From contig OX597842.1 in NCBI GenBank assembly GCA_951406725.2, positions 3,038,001 to 3,102,000 of the forward strand: a stretch of 64,000 nucleotides of DNA, given 5' to 3'. Below are positions 41,601 to 55,180 of this stretch, in pieces; the first letter of the stretch is position 1; the number at the start of each line of letters is the position of its first letter. The notes beneath the pieces were generated by a model. That model did not search any database and was not told the origin of the DNA. It was given only the letters and a program-made list of their open reading frames with translations. The DNA is from Octopus vulgaris (Eukaryota). The position numbers were made by a program, and so were the translations under genes.

Positions 41601-42111
41601 CTATATCCAAGTAGCAGAAAGATAAGACAGTAAGGTGTGATTTGAGGGAGATTTGGCTGCTATTTCTACCATGTCTAGCTGCCATGTAGGGGTCTCCCTC
41701 ATAGGCTCATACATACATATATACATAGATAAGACAGTAAGGTGTGATTTGGGGGAAATTTTGCTGCTATTTCTACCAGGTCTAGCTAACATGAAGAGGT
41801 CCCCCTCAATTCTTTTATTCTTCTGCTTTTTCCAGCCATTGCTCTGTGGCCATGCTGGGGCAATGCCTTGAAGAATTGTAGTTTAATGAATCAACTCCAG
41901 TTTTATTTTTGTAAGCATTGTACTTATTCTATCTGTTTCCTTTGTCAAACCACTAGGTGACAGGGATGTAAACAAACCAACATTCGTTGTCAAGCAGTGG
42001 TGGAGGACAATCACAAGCACAGACACGCACACACACACACATACATGCATACACATATACACACATACATACATACATACATACATATATGTATGTGTGT
42101 ATATATATATT

Positions 42112-42432
42112 GCAGCCTGGAAGGTGTTTCTAAGCCATTTAAGAAACACACAAAAACCGTTACATTCACTTCAACATTTAAATTTAATTTGCCAAAATAT
42201 TTTCCTCGCTTTGAGACCGCGACCTGTTCACTGACAAAAATATCGTGCTAACAGGTCGCGGTCTCAAAGCGACGAAAATATTTTGACAAATTTAATTTAA
42301 ATGTTGAAGTGAATCTAACGGTTTTTGTGTGTTTCTTAAATGGCTTATAAACACCTTCAACGCTGCAACTGTTTTCGTTCCAGCACACGATCTCAGATCA
42401 AGTCACTTGCTATGCAAGTACATCTCTGTAAC
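42112..42432. mobile_element. Fold-back PLE-type element in (TA)n with 3' tail
   Basis: Arms of about 117 bp at 42112-42228 and 42250-42366, then a tail and (TA)n. Confidence 0.8.
42189..42237 (-). ncRNA. Hammerhead-like motif with G3-C8 core
   Basis: UUGUCA-GUGAACA-G-GUCGC GGUCUCAAA GCGAG-GAAA-AUAU-UU-UGGCAA; the other arm has the perfect partners GCGAC and UGACAA. Confidence 0.7.
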
Positions 42433-42436
42433 TATA

Positions 42437-42476
<40 letters not shown>

Positions 42477-42539
42477 TGGTAAAAACAGTAAGATAACAAA
42501 AGAAAGAAAGAGACCTCAATATTATGTAAATAGAGGAAA

Positions 42540-42934
42540 TCTTTATATATAAAAGTGAGGTTGTGTGTCTGTCTCCTACGATTTAGATTCCTAACTACTC
42601 CCACATTTTGCGGTGCAGTTTAACCAAAACCGGGTATCTTATAGTCGTGATTCATATCGAGACCGTCTGGGTATTAGCGCGCGTTTACGATGAGTCTACG
42701 ATTTAAAAAAAAAATTACCATAAATTTTTCCCATTTTTAATCCATTTTTGACATATATAAGGGAAGTAACTCTCTAAAATTTATTATTAAATCTCAGAAC
42801 GTAAAAAGCTACAGTAACACCCCTCCCCCTTTGTGGTTAGCCATATTGAGATGGCTATTATACTTTACATCTCTAAAAATGCTTATATAATTATTTCCCT
42901 TACAAACCCGGGCAACGCCGGGCGATACTGCTAG
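42540..42934 (+). mobile_element. Complete non-autonomous Helitron
   Basis: 5' TC (tctttatatataaaag), 3' hairpin CCCGG-gcaacg-CCGGG, terminal CTAG, inserted between A and T. Confidence 0.9.
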
Positions 42935-43050
42935 TATATATATAAATGCAAATAATCAGAAAACGGAGAAAGTCTCAGACTAACAAACATATCGATTTGA
43001 CCACATTTATAGCTTATTTTTAATACAATGCATGATATAATAAATAGGTG

Positions 43051-43135
<85 letters not shown>

Positions 43136-44459
43136 GAAACAAAATCGCAATAGAGGACAATAAAAACATTCGGACAGACAGATAGACGATACAAAGACGG
43201 ACAAGGGAAACAACAATTAGAAGGACAAGCAAAAAAGAAAAAAGAAAAAAAAAACGGGTCATTCGTGGCCTTCTTTTCTCGGTCAAGTCCCAGAAGTCAC
43301 GACCGTTTATATGTATAGACACACACAACGAACTTTCAATTTCTGCCGACCAAATCCTCTCATAGGTCTTTTGTCTGCCTGAGGCTATAGCAGAAGTCAC
43401 TCGCTCTTGGTGTCACACAGTGGGACTGAACCTGGAACCATGTGGTTAGGATGCAAGCTTCTTACTAAATATCCACGCCTGTGCATCTAAGTTTTCCACG
43501 CTGTTTCCATCTATTGAATTCCAAAGTTCCAAATTCACTCATAAAATCATTAATCGGCCCAGTGTCATCCATAATCGAAACCCCTTGCCCAAAGTGCCGT
43601 TCGATGCGACCGAACTCGAAACCACACGATCGCAAAGCAAGCCGGTTTCTAACCGTTCCCCCTACACGATGCTTGCAAGACTACAGACTGTTATTTAACG
43701 AAGATTTGGCCACTGTTTCTACCCCGTTCAACGGTCACGTAAATGTTTTACCGCCTCCTCCTGGACATCAGAAGGCACAGCTTCTAAACCTACAAAACCG
43801 TTTGAGCGGAAAAGCCGTATGGTCGATCGATACATCATAAACTTCGCTCATTAAATGTATCGATTGAATTTGTGACGACAATGGCCAGCGATGTGTGAAG
43901 CGATGGTAAATATGTAGATTAGATTGTCTTGCACAATTTAGAATGTTCCCTTTTGGATTCTAAATGGAAATCGTCTCACAATCGATCGACCTCCCCTTTC
44001 TCCTCTTCCTCCTCTTCCTCCTCTTGTTGTTGTTGTTGTTGTTGTTGTTCTTCTTCTTCTTCTTCTTCTTCTTCTTCTTCTTCTTCTTCTTCTTGTTCTT
44101 CTTCTTCCTCCTCCTCCTCTCGTCCCCCTCACCCTTTCGTTCTTGTTCTTGTTCTTCTTCTTCCTCCTCCCCCTCTTCTTGTTCTTCTTCCCCCTGCCCT
44201 CCTCCTCCTCCTCCTCCCCTCTTCTTGTTCTTCTTCTCCTCCCCTCCTCCTCACCTCTTCTTCTTGTTCTTGTTCTTGTTCTCCTCCTCCACCTCCTCCC
44301 GTCCTCCTCCTCCTCCCATGATATTCTCCGTCTCACCGTTTCTCTGTAGCTTTCCTCATACGTTATTCTGCTTTTCTTTCTTTCTTCCTTCTTTCCTTTT
44401 TTCTTTTTATTCGCCTCCCCCAACACCATGCTCTCTCTCTGTGTATATTTCTTCATCTT

Positions 44460-44987
44460 TTATTCCTTTACTTGTTCCAGTCATTAGACTGCGGCCATGC
44501 TACGGCACCGCTTTGAAAAATGTTTCAGTCGAATGAATCGACCCGAGTGCTTTTTTTTTCTTTTTCAAGCATGCTATTGATTTTATCAATATCTTTTGCC
44601 AAACCTCTAGGTTACCGGGACGTAAACATACCAACACCGGTTGTCAAATGGTGGTGGGGTGGGGGAGACAAGCACAAAGAAACACACTCTTCCCAGCCAC
44701 ATGGTTCCGAGTTGTGCGCCACTGCGTGGCACCTTGGGCAAGTGTCTTCTACTATGGCCTTGGCCTGACCAAAGCCTTGTGAGTGGATTTGGTAGATGGA
44801 AACTGAAAGAAGCATGTTTTGTGTATGTGTGTGTGTGTGTCCACCACCACTTGAAAACCGGTATTGGTGTGTTTACGTCCCCGTAACTTAGCGGTTCGGC
44901 AAAAGAGTCCAATAGAATAAGTACCTGGGGTCGAGTCATTCGACTTAACCCCTTTAATGTGGTGCCCCAGTCCAATGACTGAAACAA

Positions 44988-44989
<2 letters not shown>
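44460..44989. mobile_element. SINE A 3' half (minus) joined to a 5'-truncated SINE A (plus)
   Basis: Matches to family A. Confidence 0.85.
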
Positions 44990-45065
<76 letters not shown>

Positions 45066-45081
<16 letters not shown>

Positions 45082-46012
45082 GAAAAATACAAACTGTGAC
45101 AAGAACGTAAAACATTTAGGAGACGATACAAAAAACACGGACGGGACATTCGAAGCCTTCAATCTTCAGTCAAGAACCGGATAATCCTAGCAATTTCGGC
45201 TGATTAATCTTGAGATCACTCCGATCCGGCCAGCCCTAAGGAAAAACTAAGCTACGAGCATTAGATTCCTTGGAAAAAGGATTGAATGTATACGAAACAG
45301 GGACAGAAAAACAGACGATGCCACACGAATATAAAATACAAAAAATAATAATGGTAAAAACAGGACAAAAACAACGGGTGTCTTACGACTAATAAACAGT
45401 ACAACAAGTTTAGCTGGCGTATTTGGAAAAAATGCCTTTATCGGCGGACGAAGACAACGATGTTCTCACGCCGGTGGTCGGAGGCCAAAAGGCTTATTTG
45501 ACCAGCGGTCACGTGAGAGAAGAGAGAGAAAAGAAAGGGGGCAAAGGAAACAAAGAGAGAGAGAAAGAGGGACGAAGGCAACAAAGGGGGGAGATGAGAG
45601 AGAAAGAAGGAATTAAAGAGAGGAGAAGAAAGCGTGCGTGCCAAGGATTGGCTTGTGAGTGCAAAGTGAGAAAGACAGAGAAATGTGAGAGAGTGGGGGA
45701 AGAGTAGACCAAAGAATCAGGGCAAGAAAAGGGAAAAGGAGGAGAGAGAAAAGGAGAGAGAGAGAGAAGGGGACAGATCAAAGTAGAGTGCAAAGTGTGA
45801 AAGGCAGAGAAATGTAGGAGAGAGAGACAGTGTTATAGAGTCGTACCAAATTTACAGGAATATGTACTTACATAAGGCCAACGAGGGTACGTACGGACGC
45901 CGCTATATATATTATATGTAGAAAAATACAAACTGGGACAAGAACGTGAAACATTTAGAAGACGATACAAAAAACACGAACGGGACATTCGAAGTCTTCA
46001 ATCTTCAGTCAA
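45066..46012 (-). mobile_element. Non-coding element bounded by direct repeats of about 108 bp, next to (TA)n (PLE- or retrozyme-like)
   Basis: 45066-45173 matches 45905-46012; relatives at about 34335-34490 (+) and 43135-43300 (-); carries a structured RNA motif. Confidence 0.65.
45163..45235 (-). ncRNA. Candidate hammerhead with non-standard strand order
   Basis: GGCUG GCCGGAU cgg AGUGA-UC-UCAAGA uuaau CAGCC-GAAA-UUGCU aggauu AUCCGGU UCUUGA-CUGAAGA. Confidence 0.5.
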
Positions 46013-46278
46013 TACACAACGGGCTTCTTTAATACACACACAACGGGCTTCTTTCAATTTCTATCTATCAAATCCACTCAAAAGGCTTTTAGTCGGCTCC
46101 ACGCAGTGGGACTGAACCCAGAGACATGTGGTTGGGAAGCAAGCTTTTTACCGCACAACCACATCTGCGCTTCTTTATGTGCGTATGTATGTGTGTGTGT
46201 ATGTGCGAGTGTGTATTCTTTTATATGTTTCAGTCCAAAAGCTGTAGCCATGCTATAAAACACACATACACACACACG

Positions 46279-46368
<90 letters not shown>

Positions 46369-46404
46369 CACTTTATTTAAAAGCAGCAGAAATATAATAA
46401 AAGG

Positions 46405-46440
46405 TATTACTCAGGGTTTCACGTTCCAGTTCGTCGGACA
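46405..46440 (-). ncRNA. Minimal hammerhead-like motif, U4C core
   Basis: UGU-CCGACGA-AC UGGAAC GU-GAAA-CCC U GAG-UA-AUA. Confidence 0.55.
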
Positions 46441-46467
46441 ATTTGGTTAAAATGTACTTACTCCGGT

Positions 46468-46507
<40 letters not shown>

Positions 46508-46549
46508 TCAAAATGTGACCGCGTGTGTACCGTTGGCATGCACACACAC

Positions 46550-46622
<73 letters not shown>

Positions 46623-46623
<1 letters not shown>

Positions 46624-46886
46624 GGAGGCGCAATGGCCCAGTGGTTAGGGCAGCGGTTTCGAATCCCAGACCGGGCGTTGTGTGTATTTATTGAGCGAAA
46701 ACACCTAAAGCTCCACGAGGTGGCGACCCCTGTTGTACTCTTTCGCCCCAACTTTCTCTCACTCTCTCTTCCTGTTTCTTGAGTAACGCTGCAATGGACT
46801 GGTGTCCTGTCCAGCTGGGGAGAACGCATATGCCATAGAAACCGGGAAACCGGGCTCATGAGCCTGGCTAGGCTTGAAAAGGATGC

Positions 46887-46888
<2 letters not shown>
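46623..46888 (+). mobile_element. tRNA-derived SINE C-related copy
   Basis: ggaggcgcaatggcccagtggttagg head; tail gaaaccgggaaaccggg shared with 25900-26147. Confidence 0.8.
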
Positions 46889-46924
<36 letters not shown>

Positions 46925-47551
46925 GATATAGATATCAGCGCGCATACACAAACATATAAACAACGGTTTTCTGATTAAGCTGATATTCCTGACGATATGG
47001 TTAAAAGCTCTTTATAAATTAACTTATGCATCACAATTATGTAATAATACATTTGGCTGAGTGTATTATAATAAAACGGCTGTCGTGCAGAGTTAAATAT
47101 GAAATATATTTAAAACTTATGCTTTTCTGCTTTATGCTGAACACAAATATAGACACACATCAACCAGAAGGGGGCTATTCATATTTACGTTCGCGAAAAG
47201 AATATATTATCACGTATTAGGGAAACGTACGTAGCTAAAAAATAGAATATTAAAAATACCTTTCTTGAACTATGTATCCGGTTGTATTTATATGTGGTTG
47301 AGTATATTTCCTTCGCTTTTGAAATACAATTTATGCTGCAGCATGACCGCAGTCCAATGTCTGAAATAGGAAAATAATAAATGATAGCTGTTAACACAAT
47401 AAAATTACACTGCATCTAGCAGTGTCTATTTGTGTTTTTAATGTCTAGCTTCATGATTCAGGAATTCGCACACATACACGCACTCGGTCACACGCATACA
47501 CACACATATATATATATGTATGAATGTATGTATGTATATATACAAATGTAC

Positions 47552-47584
<33 letters not shown>

Positions 47585-47591
47585 GATAGAT

Positions 47592-47622
<31 letters not shown>

Positions 47623-47780
47623 GATAGATAGATATATAGATAGATAAATAGATAGATAGATAGATAGATAGATAGATGTGTGTGTGAATGTATACATGCA
47701 TCGATATGTTTATATATATATATGCACCCATATACAGGTATATATATATATATAATACATATATATATATATATATATGC

Positions 47781-47813
<33 letters not shown>

Positions 47814-48327
47814 TGTATATGTTGTTAAGTGCATAATCTTATATATACATAATTCTACGTCTATATATACATACACACACATACATCCACAATAAACAAT
47901 ACACTTATTATACACACGTGTGTGTGCGTGTGTATATACATACGTACATACATATATATACACATACATACATATATATATGCATATATATGCATATATA
48001 TATACATACATATGCATATATATATGCATATATATGCATATATATATATATATACTTACATATGCGTTTGTATATATATATATGTGTATGTGTGTGTGTG
48101 TGTGTATATATAATGAACACACAGACACATAGGCAGATATACGTTGTGTGTGTGAGTCTTGTTTGGGATTATGTAAATAGAAAAGTCACTAAATTCACTA
48201 AACTGTTGACGTAGACTACAAAAGAACAGACATGAAAGAGAAATATCGCAGTTGTTGGTCTCTTTTATGTCTTTATGTCTGCACCAATACCAACATACTA
48301 AATATATGTACATAAATGTTATATACA

Positions 48328-48389
<62 letters not shown>

Positions 48390-48414
48390 CATATACATAT
48401 ACCCATATATATAT

Positions 48415-48447
<33 letters not shown>

Positions 48448-48457
48448 TATATAAAGC

Positions 48458-48511
<54 letters not shown>

Positions 48512-48644
48512 ATATATAATATATATATGTATGTATATTTATTAAGTTATATATACTTTTGATAGAGGTTCATATACATTTAGATATATGTTTTTTACAG
48601 GCATATATAACTAACCATCTATATACATATTTATGTTTATATTA

Positions 48645-48704
<60 letters not shown>

Positions 48705-49019
48705 ATAGAGAGAGAGAGAGAGAGAGAGAGAAAGGGTGGGAGAGATCTATATATTCATGACGACATCTCTCTCTCTCTATGTATATGTATATATATATAT
48801 GATAGATAAATATGAATATACATCTATATATATATATCTGAGAGAGGGGGGGTTATATATGTAGGTATGTAGATAGATATGTGTGTGTATCTGTGTGTAT
48901 ATATATATATATACATATACGTACGCACACTGATACACACACATATATATATGCGTGTATATATATATATATATATACACACATGTGTATGTATATATAT
49001 ATATATATGTGTGTATACA

Positions 49020-49066
<47 letters not shown>

Positions 49067-49489
49067 GTATATATATATACATAGGTGTGTCGGTATATAT
49101 ATACACCTCTGTCGCTCAATATAGATTTATGTATGTACGTACGTATATATGCAGTACATATGCATATATGTATGTATATGCATATATGCAATGTATGTAT
49201 ATCTGATAAATATTTCGTTGTTACAAGGAAAATTCTTTATCTTTTATCGAAATCAGCGATTATCGATGAATAACCGTGAAAAGAATCAGACATTAGAGAG
49301 ATGAAGTATTAGCTTACGATGTGGACAAGTGCGTATACGTACATCTAAAAGGAACTGGACATTTGAAAATATAATAAAGCCCTGTACATGTATTCTCGTT
49401 TATCGCTAATTCATTCATCGCTGCTCTGGGATAGCACACTACGCTCAATTATTAACCATGTTACGTTTAAGTTTATCACAGTTTCATCT

Positions 49490-50070
49490 GTATGATACAT
49501 CGATAAGAAAGCACTTTTTTCTTGGTGATCTCTGACAACTATATCCGGCCTATTAGCCTTAATTTCTCTATCTGTGTGTATTGGCATACCCCAGAGCATG
49601 TTTGCTTTCTCCCTCTCTGTAACCTTCTCTTGGGGTGTGCCTATACCATCTTCTTTTCTGTTGTTATTCCATAGTGTTGGCATAGCGTATATAGGTCCTA
49701 ATTTTGTCGTGTCTGTGAATATATTTCTTCTTAGCCAGGACTGTGCAGCCAGAGACAATATGATTTATTATTTCTTCTCTCTCGTCTTATATTCTACAGT
49801 TACTTGTATTACTTTTCATTACATGTTTTTGGTGATTTCTGGTGGGGAGGCATTGATCTTGTCCTTCAGTCTCTGCTTTGAGACCTGAGCTTCTCAACCA
49901 TTGTTGGGATTTTGCTTTGTCTATTTTTTTTCTGCTTAGCTTAGCCCAGTATTTGCCATGAAGGAGCTTTTCTTGCCATCGTTTTAACATGACCCGTTGC
50001 CGTTCCAGTTTTAGTTTGCATTTCAGTTGTTTGACAGCTTTTGTTGTTTCCCCTTTTTCCTCATAGTTGT
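49490..50070 (-). mobile_element. R4/Dong-like LINE fragment (post-RT to endonuclease region), decayed
   Basis: RWQEKLLHGKY..SQQWLRSSGLKAETEG..QDQCLPTRN; MLWGMPIHTDREIKANRPDIVVRD. Confidence 0.85.
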
Positions 50071-50072
50071 TA

Positions 50073-50324
50073 GGAGCACCGCCTTTAGTCGAGCAAATCA
50101 CCCCCAGGAGACCTAGTACTTATTCTATCGGACTCTTTTGCTGAACCGCTAAGTTACGGGGGCATGAACACACACCAGATTCGGTTGTCAAGCGATGTTG
50201 GGGACAAACACAGACACACAAACATGTACACATACATACATACATACATACATACATACATACATACATACATACATACATACATACATACATACATGCA
50301 TACATACATACGTACATACGTACG

Positions 50325-50368
<44 letters not shown>

Positions 50369-50530
50369 GACGGGCTTCTTTCAGTTTCCGTCTACCAAAT
50401 CCACTCACAAGGCTTTGGTCGGCCTGAGGCTATAGTAGAAGAGACTTGCCCAAGGTGCCACGCTGTGGGACTGAACCCGGAACCATGTGGTTCGTAAGCT
50501 AGCTACTTACCACACAGCCACTCCTACGCC
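50073..50530 (-). mobile_element. SINE family A
   Basis: Reverse complement of family A with internal (TA)n(TATG)n. Confidence 0.9.
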
Positions 50531-50532
50531 TG

Positions 50533-50618
<86 letters not shown>

Positions 50619-50674
50619 AAGAAGAAGAAGAAGAAGAAGAAGAAGAAGAAGAAGAAGAAGAAGAAGAAGAAGAA

Positions 50675-51097
50675 ATTAAGGCCAACAGACCAGATATAGT
50701 TGTCAGAGATCATGAAGAAAAAAATGCTTTCTAATTGATGTATCAATACCGGCAGATGACAACGTGTCTCTAAAAGAAATGGAGAAACTCTCAAAATACA
50801 AAGACCTGGAAATAGAGGTAACTAGAATGTGGAATCTGAAAACAGAAACAATTCCTATCATAGTCGGTGCATTAGGCATGATAAAAAAATATTCAGACAA
50901 ATACATAACAAAAACACCAGGACTTACAAACACATATAACATACAGAAAATTGCACTACTAGGCACTGCACACATCCTACGCAGAACACTTTCCATACAA
51001 TAACCATCAGAGCATCACAACAAATCACAGCACATACCCAAGGCACACAGAGCTGCGCTCGGTAGTGAAGTGGAAGCACGCTATAAAAATAAAACTA

Positions 51098-51100
<3 letters not shown>
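50675..51100 (+). mobile_element. 5'-truncated R4/Dong-like LINE 3' end (restriction-like endonuclease plus 3' UTR) in (AAT)n
   Basis: KANRPDIVVRD..FLIDVSIP.D.NVSLKEMEKLSKYKDL..IPIIVGALG..IQKIALLGTAHILRRTL; the 3' UTR runs directly into (AAT)n. Confidence 0.92.
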
Positions 51101-51153
<53 letters not shown>

Positions 51154-51162
51154 CAACAACAG

Positions 51163-51357
51163 CACAAGGCCAGTAATTTTGGAGGAGGGAGTAAGTCGAT
51201 TACATGACCCCAGTACTCAACTGGTTGTTATTTTAATGACCCTGAAAGGATGAAAGGCAAAGTCAACCTTCGGTGGTATTTGAACTCAGAACGTAAAGAC
51301 AGAGAAAATTCCACTAAGCATTTTACCCCGTGTGCTAACGATTCCGCCAGCTCGCCA
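51163..51357 (-). mobile_element. SINE family B
   Basis: Reverse complement of the family B head and core. Confidence 0.85.
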
Positions 51358-51629
51358 CGTTTCTTACAGAATTAATATTATTAATACTAATTTCACCAAA
51401 AACTACCAACAGTACTGCTGAGAACTTTATTCCACTCCCATTTTGCCAAATTTTTTAAAAGTAAAATGAAAGAAGTATAACATGAAATGCCAGCGACAGT
51501 TTTTGCAAGTCTTTTATAGAATTCTTTCCTACACAATACTTCGATGCCATTAAAAATGGTAGAAAGAGAAAAGAAGAAGAAAAAAAATGTTTCATGACAT
51601 AAGTAAGTGTTTCTGCTGCATAATGGAAT

Positions 51630-52143
51630 TTGGAAGAAGAAGAATTGGAAGGGGAAGAAGAAGAAATGGAAGAAGAAGAATTGGAAGGAGAAGAAGAAGA
51701 AGAAGAAGAAGAAGAAGAAGAAGAAGAAGAAGAAGAAGAAGAAGAAGAAGAAGAAGAAGAAGAAGAAGAAGAAGAAAAAAAAGAAGAAGAAGAAGAAGGA
51801 GAAGAAGAAGAAAGGGAAGAAGAAGAAGAAGAAGAAGAAGAAAAAGAAGCGGAGAAAAAGAAGCAGAGAAAAAGAGGTGGAGGAGGAAGAGGCGAAAGGA
51901 GGAGGAGGAGGAAGTGAAAGAAGAGAAGATGGAGGCGAAGCGAAGAAGAATGAAGAGGAAGGGGAAGAGGAAATAGAAGGAGAGGAAGAGGAGCAGGGGA
52001 GGAGTAGAGGAGGAGGTGAGAGGGGGAAGGAGTAGATAAAAGGAATTGGAAGAAGAACATGCTGCTGCTGCTGATGATGGTGTTGATGGAGGAGGAGGAC
52101 GATAAGGATGATGATGATTGCGATGATGATATTGATGTTGATT

Positions 52144-52177
<34 letters not shown>

Positions 52178-52450
52178 GGAGGAGGAGGAGGAGGAGGAGG
52201 AGGAGGATTAGGAAGAGGGAGGAGCAAAACGGAACAGAGAAGAAGAAGGAGAAGAAGAAGAAGAAGAAGAAGAAGAACAACAACAACAACAACAACACCA
52301 CCAGCAGCAACAACAACAACTGCAAGAATTCAAAAGTCAAAGCACAACAAGTTAGAAAACCACGATTATGTCTTGAGCTTTGTGTTTTAGTGGGAAAAAT
52401 GTTGTAGGAAAGATTCACAACAACAACAACAACAACAACGATAAAAGCAA
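51630..52450. repeat. Compound (GAA)n/(GGA)n/(GAT)n/(CAA)n region
   Basis: Visible simple repeats. Confidence 0.95.
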
Positions 52451-52608
52451 CAACAAAAATACAAAAATTGCCAAATATATATATAAAAAAAAGAGATATT
52501 GAATTAAATTAACCATTTCTTAAGACATCAAATTCTATAGCTTTTTTATTATCCGTCAATGTTATATATTTACTGTTATATCTATCTTTATAACCTCTCT
52601 CTCTCTTT

Positions 52609-52699
<91 letters not shown>

Positions 52700-52729
52700 G
52701 TCTCCCAATTTGCATCTATCTATCCATCC

Positions 52730-52805
<76 letters not shown>

Positions 52806-53065
52806 GTGTGTGTGTATATATATATATATATATGCACATAATATATATATATATCTAATGTATATGTGTATGTATATATATATGTGTGCGTGCGTGTGTG
52901 TGCGTTGTTGAATGTCTTTATTTTTTATATTTTATTGCTTGTTAGAATTTATTATCAAATAAATCATTATTATTGTAGGTACACACACACACACATATAC
53001 CCAGACATATACTGAAAACGTTGGGTGTGTGTGTGTGTGTACAGACAGACAGAGAGAAGAGTGCA

Positions 53066-53093
53066 AGATAGATAGATAGATAGATAGACAGAC

Positions 53094-53148
<55 letters not shown>

Positions 53149-53153
53149 CAGAC

Positions 53154-53212
<59 letters not shown>

Positions 53213-53217
53213 CAGAC

Positions 53218-53280
<63 letters not shown>

Positions 53281-53285
53281 CAGAC

Positions 53286-53328
<43 letters not shown>

Positions 53329-53335
53329 CAGACAG

Positions 53336-53367
<32 letters not shown>

Positions 53368-53372
53368 CAGAC

Positions 53373-53416
<44 letters not shown>
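53066..53416. repeat. (GATA)n/(GACA)n microsatellite
   Basis: Visible tetranucleotide array. Confidence 0.97.
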
Positions 53417-53427
53417 GTAATTCACAC

Positions 53428-53514
<87 letters not shown>

Positions 53515-54060
53515 AAACAATATATGTTGTTATGTGTCTATACATACATACGTATATATATATATATATATAATATTTCTATATCTTTAGCGTTCCAACT
53601 ACACATACACACGCATATAATCTCTCTTAAATCTTGGAATCTTACTTCTTAATCAAAATAATTCTTCCACGTATGTGTCTTGGCAGAGATGCTTTCACAC
53701 AAGATGGCGATGATGTTGTTCTTGTTGTCTATCTATGTTTATTTTCGCGCTTCTTTTATGTAGCTGTTATCGGTGTTTTTATTATTTTTGTTTATAAATT
53801 AAAAAAATTTTTTCGTTGTTTGTTCGTTCGTCGTATTATATCAAATTTTTATGCTTTTTTTTCAATATTTTTTTATATTATTTTTTATATTTTTATTCTC
53901 GTCTTCCGGGTGGGGGGTGGATGAGGAGTTGGGGTTGCGCGGTAATATTTTTAACGAGCATTTAATGAATCTGAAGAACGAAAGAAAACAGGATGAATAA
54001 AAAAATTATACGAAACACTGTTAGGAGCAATGAATTCGGTTATATATATATGTATATATA

Positions 54061-54151
<91 letters not shown>

Positions 54152-54308
54152 ATGTATGTATGTATGTATATATATATTATATATATCTACTTTCCTTTAA
54201 CTTTATATTTCTTTCATTTACACCGTTCATCTTTATATTATAAGATTTTGGCATTCATATATAATATACATATGTGTGTGTATATATGAATATGAATATA
54301 TATGTATG

Positions 54309-54375
<67 letters not shown>

Positions 54376-54445
54376 GGGGTGTATAAAATTGTCACTAAAT
54401 GTACTAAATAGAGAAGCAACTCCGAAAAAGACCCGAGTCGAGCGG

Positions 54446-54497
54446 TCCTCCTCATGAGGTTACGAAATTAGTCGAAACTGACCGTTCAATATAAGGA
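54446..54497 (+). ncRNA. Degenerate hammerhead-like motif (related to 26819)
   Basis: UCCUC-CUCAUGA-GGUUA..UAGUC-GAAA-CUGA CCGU UCAA-UA..AGGA; downstream ctcttatttctagcaat is shared with the 26.9 kb copy. Confidence 0.45.
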
Positions 54498-55111
54498 ATT
54501 CTCGACCGGTGCTTTCGAGGCGGCCCCTGTCAGTACACATGTATACAATTCAGTGCTTTAACTACATTATTAGAGCTTTTTAGCTCTTATTTCTAGCAAT
54601 GCCGATGTTGAAACACCCCAATCATACTTAGTGAGAATTATAGATTTCCTTTTTGGTAAAACATTGCACACTGCTGTCTATATTAGATTGTCGTATAATA
54701 TATATATATATATCCTTTTACTTGTTTCAGTCATCTGACTGCGGCCATGCTGGAGCACCGCCTTTAGTCGAACAATTCGCCCCCAGGACTTATTCTTTGT
54801 AAGCCTAGTACTCATTCTATCGAAGCGATTAAGTTATGGCGACGTAAGCACATCAACATCGGTTGTCAAGCGATGCTGAGGGTGGGGGGGGGGACAAACG
54901 CAGACATACAAATATATAAGTATATATATATTGTATATAAATAAAAGGGGCAGGCAACAGGTTGCTTAGCCACATACCGAAAAAATTAGAAATAGCAGTC
55001 AGAGACTGTTTATTTCTATTTTCTACAAATGAGACTCCACATACGACATATCCCTGTAATTCACATATGCAAAACAGAAGGAAGAAATAACGAAAACAAA
55101 GTCTAATGGTC

Positions 55112-55180
55112 ATTTACGAACGCGTTTCCAGATTAGAAATATAATAAAATATATATTTCATGTCTTTCATCAGCGTAAAC
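55112..55180 (-). ncRNA. Type I hammerhead ribozyme, canonical core
   Basis: GUUUACG-CUGAUGA-A AGA..GAAAUAUA..UAUAUUUC..UCU G-GAAA-CGCG-UU-CGUAAAU. Confidence 0.85.

Noticed and set aside
51393-51610. KEFYKRLAK peptide (minus) and an AA|GTAAGT donor-like site (plus)
   Set aside because: Short, unsupported similarity; no consistent exon could be built.
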